Shown here one piece after another: positions 1-10,461 of a stretch of DNA of 64,000 nt (positions are counted from its first letter, which is position 1; every line of letters begins with the position of its first letter). The translations under genes were made by a program, and so were the position numbers. A model generated the notes under the pieces. The model had not been told where the DNA came from. It worked only from the letters and a program-made list of their open reading frames with translations, and did not search any database. Where the stretch lies: the NCBI GenBank assembly GCA_963736875.1, contig CAVTQH010000002.1, forward strand, positions 69,294-133,293. The letters are read 5' to 3'. Source of the DNA: Candidatus Amesbacteria bacterium. GTDB taxonomy: Bacteria; Patescibacteriota; Microgenomatia; CAZETR01; Amesbacteraceae.

Positions 1-501
1 ATGGGTTTTACCCACCCCTACACCCCCCCAGATAAACAACGGGTTATAAGTGTTTCCCGGCTTTTTAGCTACCGCCTGGGCCGCTGCATAGGCCATTTGA
101 TTACTTGACCCGACTGCGTAATTTTCAAAAGTATAATCTTCCCGGATATTGGCTTTTTTACAGTCGAACACGTAAGAATCGGTTTTTTTATTCTCAAACA
201 GCGGCCCGCTGATTATTTCCCCCCCATTTCTTTTAACCTGAATTCTAAATACGATTTCACACTTCTGTCCCAGAATTCTCCCGGCCTCGAGGCTGAGCTG
301 TCCCCAAAACCTTTGCTCTAAAGTATTTTTAATAAATGACGAATTGCAGCCTACCTCACATATCTTTCTCCCGTCTGCCTCCTTCAGTTCCAGTAACTGC
401 GTATTTTTCAGATAGGTATTAAAAGATCCCTCAGACACATCGGTCTTAATTGCTGATAATACCGCTCCCCAAATTTTTTCTTTATCAAAATCAATATTCA
501 T
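1..501 (-). CDS. dnaA: Chromosomal replication initiator DnaA (5' part; runs off window edge)
   Basis: Not in ORF track. Manual minus-strand translation from ATG 501: [15 protein letters not shown]...[45 protein letters not shown] (DnaA AAA+ Walker A). Divergent from rpmH. Confidence 0.97.
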   Translation of the reverse strand, partial: MNIDFDKEKIWGAVLSAIKTDVSEGSFNTYLKNTQLLELKEADGRKICEVGCNSSFIKNTLEQRFWGQLSLEAGRILGQKCEIVFRIQVKRNGGEIISGPLFENKKTDSYVFDCKKANIREDYTFENYAVGSSNQMAYAAAQAVAKKPGNTYNPLFIWGGVGVGKTH

Positions 502-564
502 ATTGTGGACATCTTCAAGTTAATATTTATCACCGATAGCTGTTTAGTCCTTTCTATATATCAG

Positions 565-573
565 TTATCCACA
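565..573 (+). promoter_or_regulatory. DnaA box
   Basis: Perfect TTATCCACA in the dnaA-rpmH spacer. Confidence 0.8.
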
Positions 574-610
574 ACGAGTCAAGATCCAAAATGTATTGTA
601 TAATCTTTCC

Positions 611-751
611 ATGTCCATGAAGCATACTTATCAGCCTAAGAAAATCAAACGTGTCAGAAAACACGGTTTCAGATCCCGCATGTCTACCCGCACCGGCAGA
701 AAGGTTCTTAAAAACCGAAGGCTGGTAAAACGCCGCCGTCTTTCTGTTTAG
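611..751 (+). CDS. rpmH: 50S ribosomal protein L34
   Basis: Below ORF-track cutoff. [46 protein letters not shown]; TATAAT at 599-604. Alternative start at 617. Confidence 0.97.
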   Translation: MSMKHTYQPKKIKRVRKHGFRSRMSTRTGRKVLKNRRLVKRRRLSV

Positions 752-754
752 TTC

Positions 755-1090
755 ATGCTCCCTAAAAAACATCGTCTTTCCCGTAAGGACTTTTTGTCCG
801 CCAAGCTCCGCGGTAAGTCCTTCTCCGCCCCTCATTTTACAGCTCTTGTTTACAAGAGCGGTATCAGCAACCGGCGGTTGACCAGGACCTCCGTAGTCAT
901 CAGCACGAAGATTCATAAAAATGCCACTGTCCGCAACCGTCTCCGGCGTCAGATTTACGAGGTGTTTCGGTTAAATATATTAAACAAAAATGCAGATATA
1001 ATTATATTCCCGAAACCCGGTATGCTAAATTTAAATCATGAAAATATTTCTGCTGAGCTTAATACGTTTTTATCAAAAATATCTGCCTAA
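755..1090 (+). CDS. rnpA: Ribonuclease P protein component
   Basis: MLPKKHRL start, [17 protein letters not shown] motif, synteny with rpmH. Confidence 0.95.
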   Translation: MLPKKHRLSRKDFLSAKLRGKSFSAPHFTALVYKSGISNRRLTRTSVVISTKIHKNATVRNRLRRQIYEVFRLNILNKNADIIIFPKPGMLNLNHENISAELNTFLSKISA

Positions 1091-1244
1091 ACCCGCCCAA
1101 GGTTGCAGGTTTACCCCCACCTGTTCCCGGTACTTCTACCAAGCTATTGAAAAATATGGTATTCTTCACGGCAGTGTCCTTGGGCTGCGAAGGATTCTCC
1201 GTTGTCACCCTGGGTCTGTGGGCGGTTTAGATCCACTGAAATAA
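1038..1244 (+). CDS. yidD: Membrane protein insertion efficiency factor YidD
   Basis: [10 protein letters not shown]...RILRCHP...GGLDP motifs. Confidence 0.95.
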   Translation: MKIFLLSLIRFYQKYLPKPAQGCRFTPTCSRYFYQAIEKYGILHGSVLGLRRILRCHPGSVGGLDPLK

Positions 1245-1248
1245 ATTT

Positions 1249-2079
1249 ATGAATATTTGGAATCTTGTTCTGTTTCACCCCCTGCTTAATACCCTGGTAT
1301 GGTTATACAAACTTACCGGGAATTTGGGCTGGTCGATAGTATTAATGACCCTGGGCTTGCGTCTTTTAATGAATCCGTTAATTGTTCCCAGTTTAAAAAT
1401 TACCAAAAAAATTCAGGAACTGGCTCCGGAGCTGGCCAAACTGAAAGAGGAATACAAAAACAACAAACAGGGTTTGATCACCGCCCAGGCTGAACTATAC
1501 AAAAAACACGGTGCAAATCCCGCCAGTGGTTGTCTTCCCCAAATAGTTCAGTTGGTGGTCCTTATAGCCCTGTTTTCAGTTTTCAATCTGATTCTCAAAG
1601 TCGAAGACACACCCATCAGCCAGCGTCTCAACCCCTCTCTTTACTCATTTAACCAGCTTTCCCCGGATTTTAAGATTTCTCCCGACTTTTTGTATCTTAA
1701 CCTGACCAAACCTGACACTTTTAAAGTCCCCGGTTTACCGTTTGCACTACCCGGCCTCTTTCTGGTTCTGTCAGCTTTAACCCAGCTTTTCAGCTCCAAA
1801 ATGATGTCTCCGGTAATCTCAGCCGAGAAAAAAATTGCCCAGAAAACGGAAAACTCTTCCGACGACACCATGGTTCAGGTTCAGCAGCAGATGCTTATCA
1901 TGTTTCCCATTATGACTCTGATTATCGGATACAATTTTCCTTCAGGTCTGGTGGTTTATTGGTTTATCTTTTCTCTGGCCAGTATGTACCAGCAATATTC
2001 CATTTCAGGCTGGGGAGGAATGACCCCTTGGCTGAAAAAATTGAATTTGTTAAAATCTCCCTCTCATGAATCATCTTAA
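1249..2079 (+). CDS. yidC: Membrane protein insertase YidC/Oxa1 (short form)
   Basis: ELYKKHGANPASGCLP...Q and PSGLVVYW motifs; synteny. Confidence 0.95.
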   Translation: MNIWNLVLFHPLLNTLVWLYKLTGNLGWSIVLMTLGLRLLMNPLIVPSLKITKKIQELAPELAKLKEEYKNNKQGLITAQAELYKKHGANPASGCLPQIVQLVVLIALFSVFNLILKVEDTPISQRLNPSLYSFNQLSPDFKISPDFLYLNLTKPDTFKVPGLPFALPGLFLVLSALTQLFSSKMMSPVISAEKKIAQKTENSSDDTMVQVQQQMLIMFPIMTLIIGYNFPSGLVVYWFIFSLASMYQQYSISGWGGMTPWLKKLNLLKSPSHESS

Positions 2080-2527
2080 GAGTGTGAACTCGGTCACAAA
2101 AAATCTTGTCAGCCAGCTCGGCTTCTCCGATACTGTCACTCTTGAAACAAAATATGAAAAGGACAGTGATATTTACCAGATATTATTAAAAACCGAGTCT
2201 CCCTCTCTTTTAATTGGGTATCACGGCGAAAACCTCTCATCCATGCAGCTTCTCCTCTCCCAACACCTGCATACCGAAACCGGACAATGGCTGAACCTCT
2301 CCTTAAACGTAAATGATTACCGGGAACGTCGTCAGTTTACTCTCCATTCATTGGCTGATACGGCAGTTTCCCGGGTTTTAGCTACCGGGCAGGCTCACTC
2401 ACTTCCTCCCATGCCGTCTTCCGAGCGGAGAATAGTGCATCTTTACCTTGCCGGTCACCCCCGGGTTACAACGTCTTCCCAGGGTATCGGGAAAAGCAGG
2501 TCAATCATCATCTCCCCCAAGTCCTAG
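2066..2527 (+). CDS. jag: Jag/KhpB RNA-binding protein (KH + R3H)
   Basis: LIGYHGENL KH loop, NVNDYRERR, PMPSSERRIVH R3H motif. Confidence 0.92.
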   Translation: MNHLKSVNSVTKNLVSQLGFSDTVTLETKYEKDSDIYQILLKTESPSLLIGYHGENLSSMQLLLSQHLHTETGQWLNLSLNVNDYRERRQFTLHSLADTAVSRVLATGQAHSLPPMPSSERRIVHLYLAGHPRVTTSSQGIGKSRSIIISPKS

Positions 2528-2549
2528 ACAAACATTTATAATCGGTCCA

Positions 2550-3770
2550 GTGCTTAAGGTTGCAGAAAAATTATTACTCTTCCTGCTATTACTGACGTTT
2601 CCCTCACAACTTGCTTATCACTTCTGGCCGCAGTTCAGTTTAATTAATGAATTTAGGGTTGATTATCTTTCCCCCACCGTTTACTTTACAGATCTTCTGA
2701 TCATCAGCCTGCTATTAACTGGTTGGATCAACAGGAGAACTTTTCTGATTAAAAATTTCAAATTATCCGGCAACATCGTTTTAATATTTTTACTGGTTAT
2801 CACCAATATTTTATTCTCAATTTCCCCCCTGTTTTCTTTATATAAATATTTCAGACTGTCGGAATACCTGTATCTGTATTTATATCTGGCAGGCAACATG
2901 AAGATGTTTGTTCCTGGTTTTTCCCGAATCCTCCCGCTTACAATATCCTGGGTCAGTCTTTTAGTCTTTTGGCAGTCATACTTACAGCATTCAGTAGGTG
3001 GTTTATGGTTTTGGCTGGGGGAACGTAATTTAACTCCGGCTATGTTAAACGTGGCCAAGACAACCGTCTTGGGATCTGCGGTTTATTTTCGCCCGTATGC
3101 TACTTTTTCTCATCCCAACGCTTTGGCGGGTTTTCTCTGTGTAGGTTTGTTGATTCTTATTTACTTACTACACAAATCCCGCACAAATAAAAAACTGATT
3201 CTGTTGTCCTTTACCTTGGGGACATGTGCTCTGACACTGACATTTTCCAGATCAGTCATGGCCGTTTTTGCCGTATCAATACTGCTGCTATTTATAAAAA
3301 ATAAGTTAAAGTCGGTAATAATCAGTTTAATTGCTCTCACTATTTTTTTAACTTCCGGAATTTTTAATACGGTTTCTTTCTCCGAAAGATTATTACTATT
3401 TGCCAAAGCTATCCAATTGGTAATAAAAAACCCCTTTTTTGGTATTGGTCTGGGGAACTTTCCTCTCGTACAAAATTCTGATGTATTTTCAAACTTCTTT
3501 CTGAATTTTCAGCCGGTACACAATGTGTATTTGCTGTTAACTACCGAATTAGGAATTCTTCTTATCGGCTTTACAATTTACTTTCTTATTAAGTACTTTT
3601 GTCGTATTTGGCTTAAAATCGAACCCAGCTTAAAATATTCAGCTATGGCAATACTGGTTTTAGGTATGGTTGATCATTACTGGATTACATCTCATCAGAA
3701 TATATTACTAATCGTTTTTCTTTCGGTAATAATTTCTGTAAAATCAGGATCAGATAAGCATGCGGAATAA
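2550..3770 (+). CDS. O-antigen ligase/Wzy_C family membrane protein
   Basis: Multi-TM; RPYATFSHPNALAG, TFSRS, PFFGIGLGNF, PVHNVYL motifs. Start moved to in-frame GTG 2550, 7 nt after TATAAT. Confidence 0.85.
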   Translation: MLKVAEKLLLFLLLLTFPSQLAYHFWPQFSLINEFRVDYLSPTVYFTDLLIISLLLTGWINRRTFLIKNFKLSGNIVLIFLLVITNILFSISPLFSLYKYFRLSEYLYLYLYLAGNMKMFVPGFSRILPLTISWVSLLVFWQSYLQHSVGGLWFWLGERNLTPAMLNVAKTTVLGSAVYFRPYATFSHPNALAGFLCVGLLILIYLLHKSRTNKKLILLSFTLGTCALTLTFSRSVMAVFAVSILLLFIKNKLKSVIISLIALTIFLTSGIFNTVSFSERLLLFAKAIQLVIKNPFFGIGLGNFPLVQNSDVFSNFFLNFQPVHNVYLLLTTELGILLIGFTIYFLIKYFCRIWLKIEPSLKYSAMAILVLGMVDHYWITSHQNILLIVFLSVIISVKSGSDKHAE

Positions 3771-4188
3771 AATATCCATCTATTGTGACGGAGGCGCCAG
3801 GGGAAATCCCGGACCTGCAGCGTCAGCGTTTGTTGTATATGACAATAAGAACAATCTATTATATGAATATGGTGTTACCATCGGAAACGCGACTAACAAC
3901 CAGGCTGAATATCAGGCGGTAATAAATGCTTTAAACTGGCTAAAGGCTAATGATAATAACTGTAGCGTCATTCTTTATCTTGACTCATTATTGATCGTAA
4001 ACCAGCTTAAAAAGTTATACAAAGTCAAAGACCCTGTTCTTAAACAAAAATTTCAGCTGATATCAGCCATTCTATTAAATGCCGGATTTAAAATCGCTGA
4101 TTATGTTTATATCCCCCGCAATCAAAACAGTCGTGCCGATTTTATGGTAAATCTGGCTTTGGACAATCCTCCACGTTCTTCGCCTTAG
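3760..4188 (+). CDS. rnhA: Ribonuclease HI
   Basis: YCDGGARGNPGPA, TNNQAEY, DS, IPRNQNSRAD motifs. Confidence 0.93.
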   Translation: MRNKISIYCDGGARGNPGPAASAFVVYDNKNNLLYEYGVTIGNATNNQAEYQAVINALNWLKANDNNCSVILYLDSLLIVNQLKKLYKVKDPVLKQKFQLISAILLNAGFKIADYVYIPRNQNSRADFMVNLALDNPPRSSP

Positions 4189-4363
4189 TTGTTGTTATCT
4201 CTAAAAAAGGTGTAGATGCGGTTATTTTCATGTTTTTGTAGTACTGACAATAACGTTAAAAGTATGATCTCAGAATAATGTAATAATAGGCATAAAATAT
4301 ATGTAATTACCTATAAGTATGGTTTTGATTGTATTAATTTTCTGATAATTTAGAATTAACACA

Positions 4364-6688
4364 GTGCCAAAATTTCTCCTTAAACCAAATGTCACTTCTT
4401 CGTTAAATACAATTCTTCTATGCGGAGAGGAAAACAGTCTTAGAAATGAGATAGCCGATCAGCTAATTCCGTATAAACACCTCACGGTTTTAGATTCCAC
4501 CGGTAATTCCGGAAATTTGGACTTATTGAAACCTGATGTATTCATTTACTTTATTCCTGCCTTCATCTCCAAAAGTAAAAATCTTAAATATTTTGATGAT
4601 TTGATCTCACAGCTTAAATTGGCTTCTATGCTCCACTCTCTTTATATCCTGGTATTAAATGACAATTCCGTGTACGGCAGACAAACTTTGAAATATGCTC
4701 TCCAAATTGTTAAACAAAAATATCTTACCCTGAAAATCGTAGAAGTTGATCATAGTATACCTTCTAATCTTATGGCCCAATCAATAGTCAGATTATTTAT
4801 ACACGACCATGTATTAAAGGATAATTTGTCTCCCTCAAATAAAATAATTACCGGAAAATTTCAGAGTGAATTACATAAAAATATACCTGTGAAAATTATC
4901 AGTTTAATTACCAAACTTATTGTCAACTCTCTGGCATTATTTATAGGCTATTTTATCAGTATTGTGCTGCAATTATGTGTAATCGGGTTATTAATTAACC
5001 ACGGAACTTATGCCTTTAACAAACATGATTATTCACATAGCTCCCTGCAAATGTATTTTGCTTCTTCTTTTTCCGAAGCTCTTTTATCAAATGTAAATAT
5101 CCTGATACCCGGATATTATATTGAACGCCTTTCAGGGGTACAGTTAAACGAAACTCTTGATGTAATCAACTCCCTCTCAAACCTGACCGGAAACTTATCA
5201 AATACCGGAAATTATGTTTTTAAATTGATCAACTCCTCTTCCGAAGATTCTTTCAATACCAATCTCTCAGACCTTAAAAATGAGATCGCTTTACTTGAAA
5301 GCAATATTATTAACTTTAAATCAGACATTATTTCAATCGATAAATCTGCGGGTAAGCACGGACTCATACCCGACTCAGTAATAAATAATATTTCAAATCT
5401 TAAGGCTGCAATTTCCAAGCTGAATTACTTCATTTCTCAGGCTCCGCAACTTCTGGGATTTGGTAAACCTACTACATACCTATTTCTGCTTCAGGATAAT
5501 TCACGCCTGTTTCCCACGGGAGGTGAAATAGACCTAATAGCCGCCATGTCTCTGGAAGACGGCAAAGCGTCAGACGTCCGGATGTATAAACCCTCTGATT
5601 TGGACCGGATTTTTACAGGAACTTCCGTTCCGCCTTTGGATTATCAGCAGTTTTCGGGTAAATCAACATGGACTTTGTCCCAAATGACATGGAATCCTGA
5701 TTTTAATATAACCGCCGATATCGTAACCAAATACATTACTAAAACTTTGGAAGTGAAACCCGATGTCGTCATTGGTTTAAACCTTTTAACTTTTAATAAT
5801 TTAATTCCCTACCTAAAACATCTCACTTTTTCTCTAAACAATTCTGCTTTTACCTATGACAATTTTATTAATAAACACCGGGAATTTTCAGACAATAAAC
5901 CAGGTGATTCGTTTTTCCGGGAAGTTTTTACTCATATTCAATATCAAACCCCCATTTTTACTTCTGAGAGTTTCAGTAAATTGCTATGGAATATTATTAA
6001 CCAGTCGGATTCAAGGCAATTATTTTTCCAGCCGGTTACAGGCTTGCTTACTCCCGACAATCCCCCCGAATGGAGCGGGAAAATATTTATTCCTAACTGC
6101 CGTTCCCACCCGCCCTGCCTTCAAGGTTATTTATACATGACAGACGCCATGGCATCAGAAAATCCCTCATATTTTGATTTAACCCAAAAAAACACCCTGG
6201 ATATTCAGATTTCAGCCGACGCAGCAGAATACTATCTCAAAACAACCATAATAAATAGGGCAGAGGTAAAAAATACCCAGACTTCGGTTTCCCGTGTTTA
6301 TCGGACAATTTTTCTACCGGTTGATATTTATCTTCTGTCTTCAAAAATTGACGACAAAGAAACCATTCCTGATAAGCCTCAATTTATAAACAATTCTGAT
6401 ATCCGGCAACTGGGCTTCACTATAAACGTGGCTCCGCAGGCAGAATCAACACTGGAAATCAGATATCGGCAGTTATTACCGCAACCCAATAATAAATTCC
6501 GGTTACAGGTTGATATTCCCAACCAGCCGGGTCTTACTAATTCGTCTTTGGATATCAATATTTTCTATCCGCCCTCGTGGTTTTCCACATTATTCCAAAC
6601 CCCCCGGGTTGCCTCACCGGGAACACTCCGCTATAATACCCCCATCTCTCAACCGATCAATCTTGATATTGATTTTTTAAAGCGTTAA
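4364..6688 (+). CDS. DUF4012-like membrane-anchored protein (divergent)
   Basis: Single TM near aa 185-210, coiled region, TYLFLLQDNSRLFPTGG (DUF4012-like), WNPDF, C-terminal NQPG. Confidence 0.65.
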   Translation: MPKFLLKPNVTSSLNTILLCGEENSLRNEIADQLIPYKHLTVLDSTGNSGNLDLLKPDVFIYFIPAFISKSKNLKYFDDLISQLKLASMLHSLYILVLNDNSVYGRQTLKYALQIVKQKYLTLKIVEVDHSIPSNLMAQSIVRLFIHDHVLKDNLSPSNKIITGKFQSELHKNIPVKIISLITKLIVNSLALFIGYFISIVLQLCVIGLLINHGTYAFNKHDYSHSSLQMYFASSFSEALLSNVNILIPGYYIERLSGVQLNETLDVINSLSNLTGNLSNTGNYVFKLINSSSEDSFNTNLSDLKNEIALLESNIINFKSDIISIDKSAGKHGLIPDSVINNISNLKAAISKLNYFISQAPQLLGFGKPTTYLFLLQDNSRLFPTGGEIDLIAAMSLEDGKASDVRMYKPSDLDRIFTGTSVPPLDYQQFSGKSTWTLSQMTWNPDFNITADIVTKYITKTLEVKPDVVIGLNLLTFNNLIPYLKHLTFSLNNSAFTYDNFINKHREFSDNKPGDSFFREVFTHIQYQTPIFTSESFSKLLWNIINQSDSRQLFFQPVTGLLTPDNPPEWSGKIFIPNCRSHPPCLQGYLYMTDAMASENPSYFDLTQKNTLDIQISADAAEYYLKTTIINRAEVKNTQTSVSRVYRTIFLPVDIYLLSSKIDDKETIPDKPQFINNSDIRQLGFTINVAPQAESTLEIRYRQLLPQPNNKFRLQVDIPNQPGLTNSSLDINIFYPPSWFSTLFQTPRVASPGTLRYNTPISQPINLDIDFLKR

Positions 6689-6690
6689 CC

Positions 6691-7377
6691 ATGGACAAAT
6701 ACCAACTTACAACTCAAACCCGGAAAATCACCGGCAGAAAGGTTAAATCTCTCAGGCAGGAAGGACAGACCCCGGCCAATGTGTACGGCAAAAAAATAAC
6801 CTCTTTAAACATTCAGATTAATACCAAAGATTTTTCAAAATTATTTTCTAAAGTGGGGGAATCAACCCTGATTTACCTGAAAAATGACTCTGACAAAGAC
6901 CTCCGCCCGGTATTTATTACTGATGTCGTCAAACATCCGGTATCCGGTCAGACTCTGCACGTTACTTTTCACCAGGTTGACCTCAAGGAAAAGGTGACAG
7001 CCCCCGTTCCGGTCAGGCTGACAGGGGAGGCCTCTGCTGAAAAAGAAAAATTGGGTATTTTGGTCCAACAGCTTGATGAACTGGAAATTGAGGCGTTGCC
7101 TACCGACATGCCCGAAAATATTCAGGTAGATATCTCCGGTTTGTCCGAAGTAGGTTCGAATATCAAGATATCCAATCTGAAACTGGATTCAAAATTGCAT
7201 ATTATCACCGACCCCGGTTCGATAATTGTGCAAATCGAAGCTCTTGCCAAAGAAGAGGTGGTAGCTCCTCCTGTTGTCACTGAAGAGGTTGTAGTGCCTG
7301 AAGCTGAAGCGGCTGCTCCCGAAGGCGAAGTCACCCCGGTCAAAACCCAACCAGAAACCAAAGAAGACAAAAAATAA
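6691..7377 (+). CDS. rplY: 50S ribosomal protein L25/Ctc
   Basis: GRKVKSLRQEGQTPANVYG, HPVSGQTLHVTF motifs, acidic tail. Confidence 0.95.
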   Translation: MDKYQLTTQTRKITGRKVKSLRQEGQTPANVYGKKITSLNIQINTKDFSKLFSKVGESTLIYLKNDSDKDLRPVFITDVVKHPVSGQTLHVTFHQVDLKEKVTAPVPVRLTGEASAEKEKLGILVQQLDELEIEALPTDMPENIQVDISGLSEVGSNIKISNLKLDSKLHIITDPGSIIVQIEALAKEEVVAPPVVTEEVVVPEAEAAAPEGEVTPVKTQPETKEDKK

Positions 7378-7401
7378 TCTTCCTGCTGTATACTTTAAGA
7401 A

Positions 7402-7791
7402 GTGGACCACAAAATCATAGGTTTTCTGCTGCTTCTTTCCGGTGTTGTTCTCATAGTTTTATCGACCCTGAATATATATCTGGTTTTTACAGGTAAAACT
7501 CCGGCAATCAGCCTGTTTTCAACAGGTGGTATATCTCTGGACCTCAAACAATTTCTCGGCCCCGGCGTAAATCCGGCTCTGGACCTGGCCAAATCAGAAT
7601 CCGGTGGTCAACTGGAATTATTGTCTGCGGATTCCCTGAACAAACTTTTTAACCTTACTTTTCACATGGTTTTAATGAGTTTTATTTCCTCCGCCGGTTT
7701 TCGCCTGGCCACTTTGGGTAACCAATTGCTTCGGACGATAGAAGTTAAAGTTAATTCTCTGGAGTCTAAACCTCAGGCCACTTTGAAGTAA
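7402..7791 (+). CDS. Hypothetical two-TM membrane protein
   Basis: 129-aa ORF with two hydrophobic segments; TATACT shortly before the GTG start. Confidence 0.7.
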   Translation: MDHKIIGFLLLLSGVVLIVLSTLNIYLVFTGKTPAISLFSTGGISLDLKQFLGPGVNPALDLAKSESGGQLELLSADSLNKLFNLTFHMVLMSFISSAGFRLATLGNQLLRTIEVKVNSLESKPQATLK

Positions 7792-9847
7792 TCAACATCT
7801 CCGACCACATCCCCATTTTCGGCTCTTTTCTCAGTTCCTGCCACACCGCTTCAGTCACAAACGGCATAAATGGATGCAGCAGCTTCAAAAAAGTAATCAG
7901 CCCGTGAACCAAATCAGCTTTAGAAAGCTCTCCCTTTTTGGCTTTTTCGATGCACTCGTCGCAATACCAGTGCCAAAATTTTTCATACAGATAATCTGCG
8001 GCATAATTTAGTTTAAATTCATCTAAATTCTTGGTCACGCTTTTAATAATCCTGCCTATCTCATCACTGAATTTATCCGACTTTACACCCATATCTCCGC
8101 TTATCGAAGTTATAAACCTTGCGGCATTCCAAATTTTATTGGTGAAGTATTTCTGTCCGCGGATATTGTCTTCCGAAAGAGCAATGTCGTTTTCTACCAA
8201 AGCTCCCCAGACCAAAGACATCCTCAAAGCATCGGCTCCGTACTTTTCGATCATTTCCAGAGGGTTTATGGCGTTACCCTTTGATTTGGAAATTTTTTGC
8301 CCGCTTTTATCCCTCACCAAACCATGAATTAATATGTTTTCAAAAGGAACTTTTCCGGTTACATAAATTCCCAACATCATCATTCGCATCACCCAGAAGG
8401 GGAGTATGTCATATGCCGTTTCCATGATTGACGTGGGGTAAAATCTGTCAAAATCTCCGGGTTTGGTTGTTTGCAGGGTGGCAAATGGCCATTGACCTGA
8501 AGAGAACCAGGTGTCAAACGTATCTTTGTCCCTTTCAACATTCTTGCTTCCGCAGTATTTGCACTTTTCCGGAATTTCACCGGCTGTAATAGTCCATTTT
8601 TTACAATCTCTGCAATACCAGGCCGGAATTTGAATACCCCAGACTATCTGCCGGCTGATATTCCAATCTCTCAGATTATCCAGCCAGTGGTTATATATTT
8701 TTTCAAATTTTTCCGCCGCAAATTTTGTGTGTCCTTTTTCTACCGCCGCTTTTGCCTTGGCGGCCAGGTCCTTTACTTTAATAAACCATTGCTGATAGGG
8801 GAGAGGCTCAATCACCGTCTTGCACCTATAGCACAATCCGATTACATGCTGGTAATTCTCATCAATCTTGACCATCATACCGGCGGCCTTGAGATCTTCG
8901 ACTATGGTATTTCTGGCTTCAGCCACTCTTAATCCTTGGTATTTGCCGCACTTTTCATTTAATCTTCCGTCATAATCAATAACCTGCTTCATTTCCAGGT
9001 GGTGCTTTTTCCCTATCTCATAATCATTAAAATCATGTGACGGGGTAATCTTGACCACCCCGGTACCAAACTCCATATCAACACTCTCATCTGCTATCAC
9101 TTTTACCTTAAATTTTCCGATTAATCCTTTAACTTCAATTTCCTGACCGATATACTGTTTATACCTTTTATCCTGAGGATGAACGGCTACCGCAGTATCA
9201 CCGAATTTGGTTTCAGGCCTGGTAGTAGCCAAAGTAAAAGGACCATATTTCATATAATAAAGGGGATCGGTTCTTTCCAAATGATCTACCTCCAGATCCG
9301 AATACGCCGTACCGCATTTGGTGCAGTAATTGACTAATTTTTCATCCCGATACAACAGGTTATCATCATCCAGTTTTTTAAACGTTTTTAAGACTATTCC
9401 TACAATATCCGGATCCAGCGTAAATTTATTTCTGCTCCAATCACAGCTTGCTCCCAGTCTCCGCAGTTGATTTTCCATATTCAGCTTGTTTTTTTGTACA
9501 TAATTCCAAATCATGTCGTATAAAACATCCCGCGTAAAATCAAAACGGCTTTTTCCTTCTCCTTTTAGTTTTTTTTCAAATACAAACTGAGTCTCGATTC
9601 CGGCATGGTCGGCTCCGGGCAGCCACAGTACAGACTCTTCCTTCATCCGATGGTAACGAATCAAAACATCCTCAATTGTTACAAACCTCGCGTGCCCGAT
9701 ATGCAAATCATCGTTAGAATTAGGGGGAGGCATGATGATTGTAAAAGGTTTGCCTTCTTTATTCGTCTTTCGGCTGAAAAGACCCGCTTTTTTCCCAGAG
9801 TTTATAAATTTCACCCTCGTATTTTTGTGATCGTAAGCCTTATCCAT
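7766..9847 (-). CDS. valS: Valine--tRNA ligase (short, lacks C-terminal coiled coil)
   Basis: PPPN...LHIGH, WLPGADHAGI, DWNISRQIVWG, DTWFSS, KISKS. N-terminus has a compensated frameshift. Confidence 0.96.
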   Translation of the reverse strand: MDKAYDHKNTRVKFINSGKKAGLFSRKTNKEGKPFTIIMPPPNSNDDLHIGHARFVTIEDVLIRYHRMKEESVLWLPGADHAGIETQFVFEKKLKGEGKSRFDFTRDVLYDMIWNYVQKNKLNMENQLRRLGASCDWSRNKFTLDPDIVGIVLKTFKKLDDDNLLYRDEKLVNYCTKCGTAYSDLEVDHLERTDPLYYMKYGPFTLATTRPETKFGDTAVAVHPQDKRYKQYIGQEIEVKGLIGKFKVKVIADESVDMEFGTGVVKITPSHDFNDYEIGKKHHLEMKQVIDYDGRLNEKCGKYQGLRVAEARNTIVEDLKAAGMMVKIDENYQHVIGLCYRCKTVIEPLPYQQWFIKVKDLAAKAKAAVEKGHTKFAAEKFEKIYNHWLDNLRDWNISRQIVWGIQIPAWYCRDCKKWTITAGEIPEKCKYCGSKNVERDKDTFDTWFSSGQWPFATLQTTKPGDFDRFYPTSIMETAYDILPFWVMRMMMLGIYVTGKVPFENILIHGLVRDKSGQKISKSKGNAINPLEMIEKYGADALRMSLVWGALVENDIALSEDNIRGQKYFTNKIWNAARFITSISGDMGVKSDKFSDEIGRIIKSVTKNLDEFKLNYAADYLYEKFWHWYCDECIEKAKKGELSKADLVHGLITFLKLLHPFMPFVTEAVWQELRKEPKMGMWSEMLITSKWPEV

Positions 9848-9882
9848 GTGCCTATTTTACCTCATTGAGTTACAATTCCCTG

Positions 9883-10461
9883 ATGGACGCAAAAATTCAG
9901 GCTCATTTTCAAAGGCAGGACTCCGTTATCTATTCCTTGCTAAAAAAGGTTGGAGAAATTCCTCCTCCCAAAGCCCGTAGTCATCGTCAATACTTCCGCT
10001 CCCTTTGCTCCGATATCATTTCCCAGCAGCTGTCAGGCAGGGTGGCTGACGTATTCTGGAAACGTTTCTTAAGTCTTTTTCCCAAAAAACAAGCCACCCC
10101 CTCCCGGGTTTTAGCCTTATCTGACAAGACACTTCGCGGCATCGGCATTTCCAATTCAAAAGTGTCCTTTCTGAAAAGTCTGGCCGATCACTTCGTGAAT
10201 AAAAAAATTGATTTCAAAAACCTGGCCAACCTTTCTGAAGAAGAAGTGGTAGGGGAATTGACAAAAATCAAAGGGATCGGCAGATGGACTGCTGAAATGT
10301 TTCTGATGTTTTCTCTTGCCCGGCCTGATGTCTTTTCAGCCGGTGACCAGGGCTTAAAAAACGCTATCAAGAAATTTTATTCAAAGGTTCCCGACCCCGC
10401 CATTTGGTCTCCTTACCGTACCTATGCCTGTCTTATACTCTGGAGAAGTCTTGACCAATAG
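9883..10461 (+). CDS. alkA: DNA-3-methyladenine glycosylase II (HhH-GPD/AlkA family)
   Basis: IISQQLS, LTKIKGIGRWTAEMFLMF, WSPYRTYA motifs. ATG 9883 is 6 nt after TACAAT. Confidence 0.88.
   Translation: MDAKIQAHFQRQDSVIYSLLKKVGEIPPPKARSHRQYFRSLCSDIISQQLSGRVADVFWKRFLSLFPKKQATPSRVLALSDKTLRGIGISNSKVSFLKSLADHFVNKKIDFKNLANLSEEEVVGELTKIKGIGRWTAEMFLMFSLARPDVFSAGDQGLKNAIKKFYSKVPDPAIWSPYRTYACLILWRSLDQ

Noticed and set aside
502-610. Calling oriC in the dnaA-rpmH spacer
   Set aside because: Only one perfect DnaA box, and the strand skew appears inconsistent; reported as a finding instead.
554-916. 120-aa minus-strand ORF, and the many other antisense ORFs in the track (e.g. 21980-22654, 10972-11565, 30848-31417, 56508-57089)
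   Set aside because: They are shadows of well-identified genes on the opposite strand and show no motifs.
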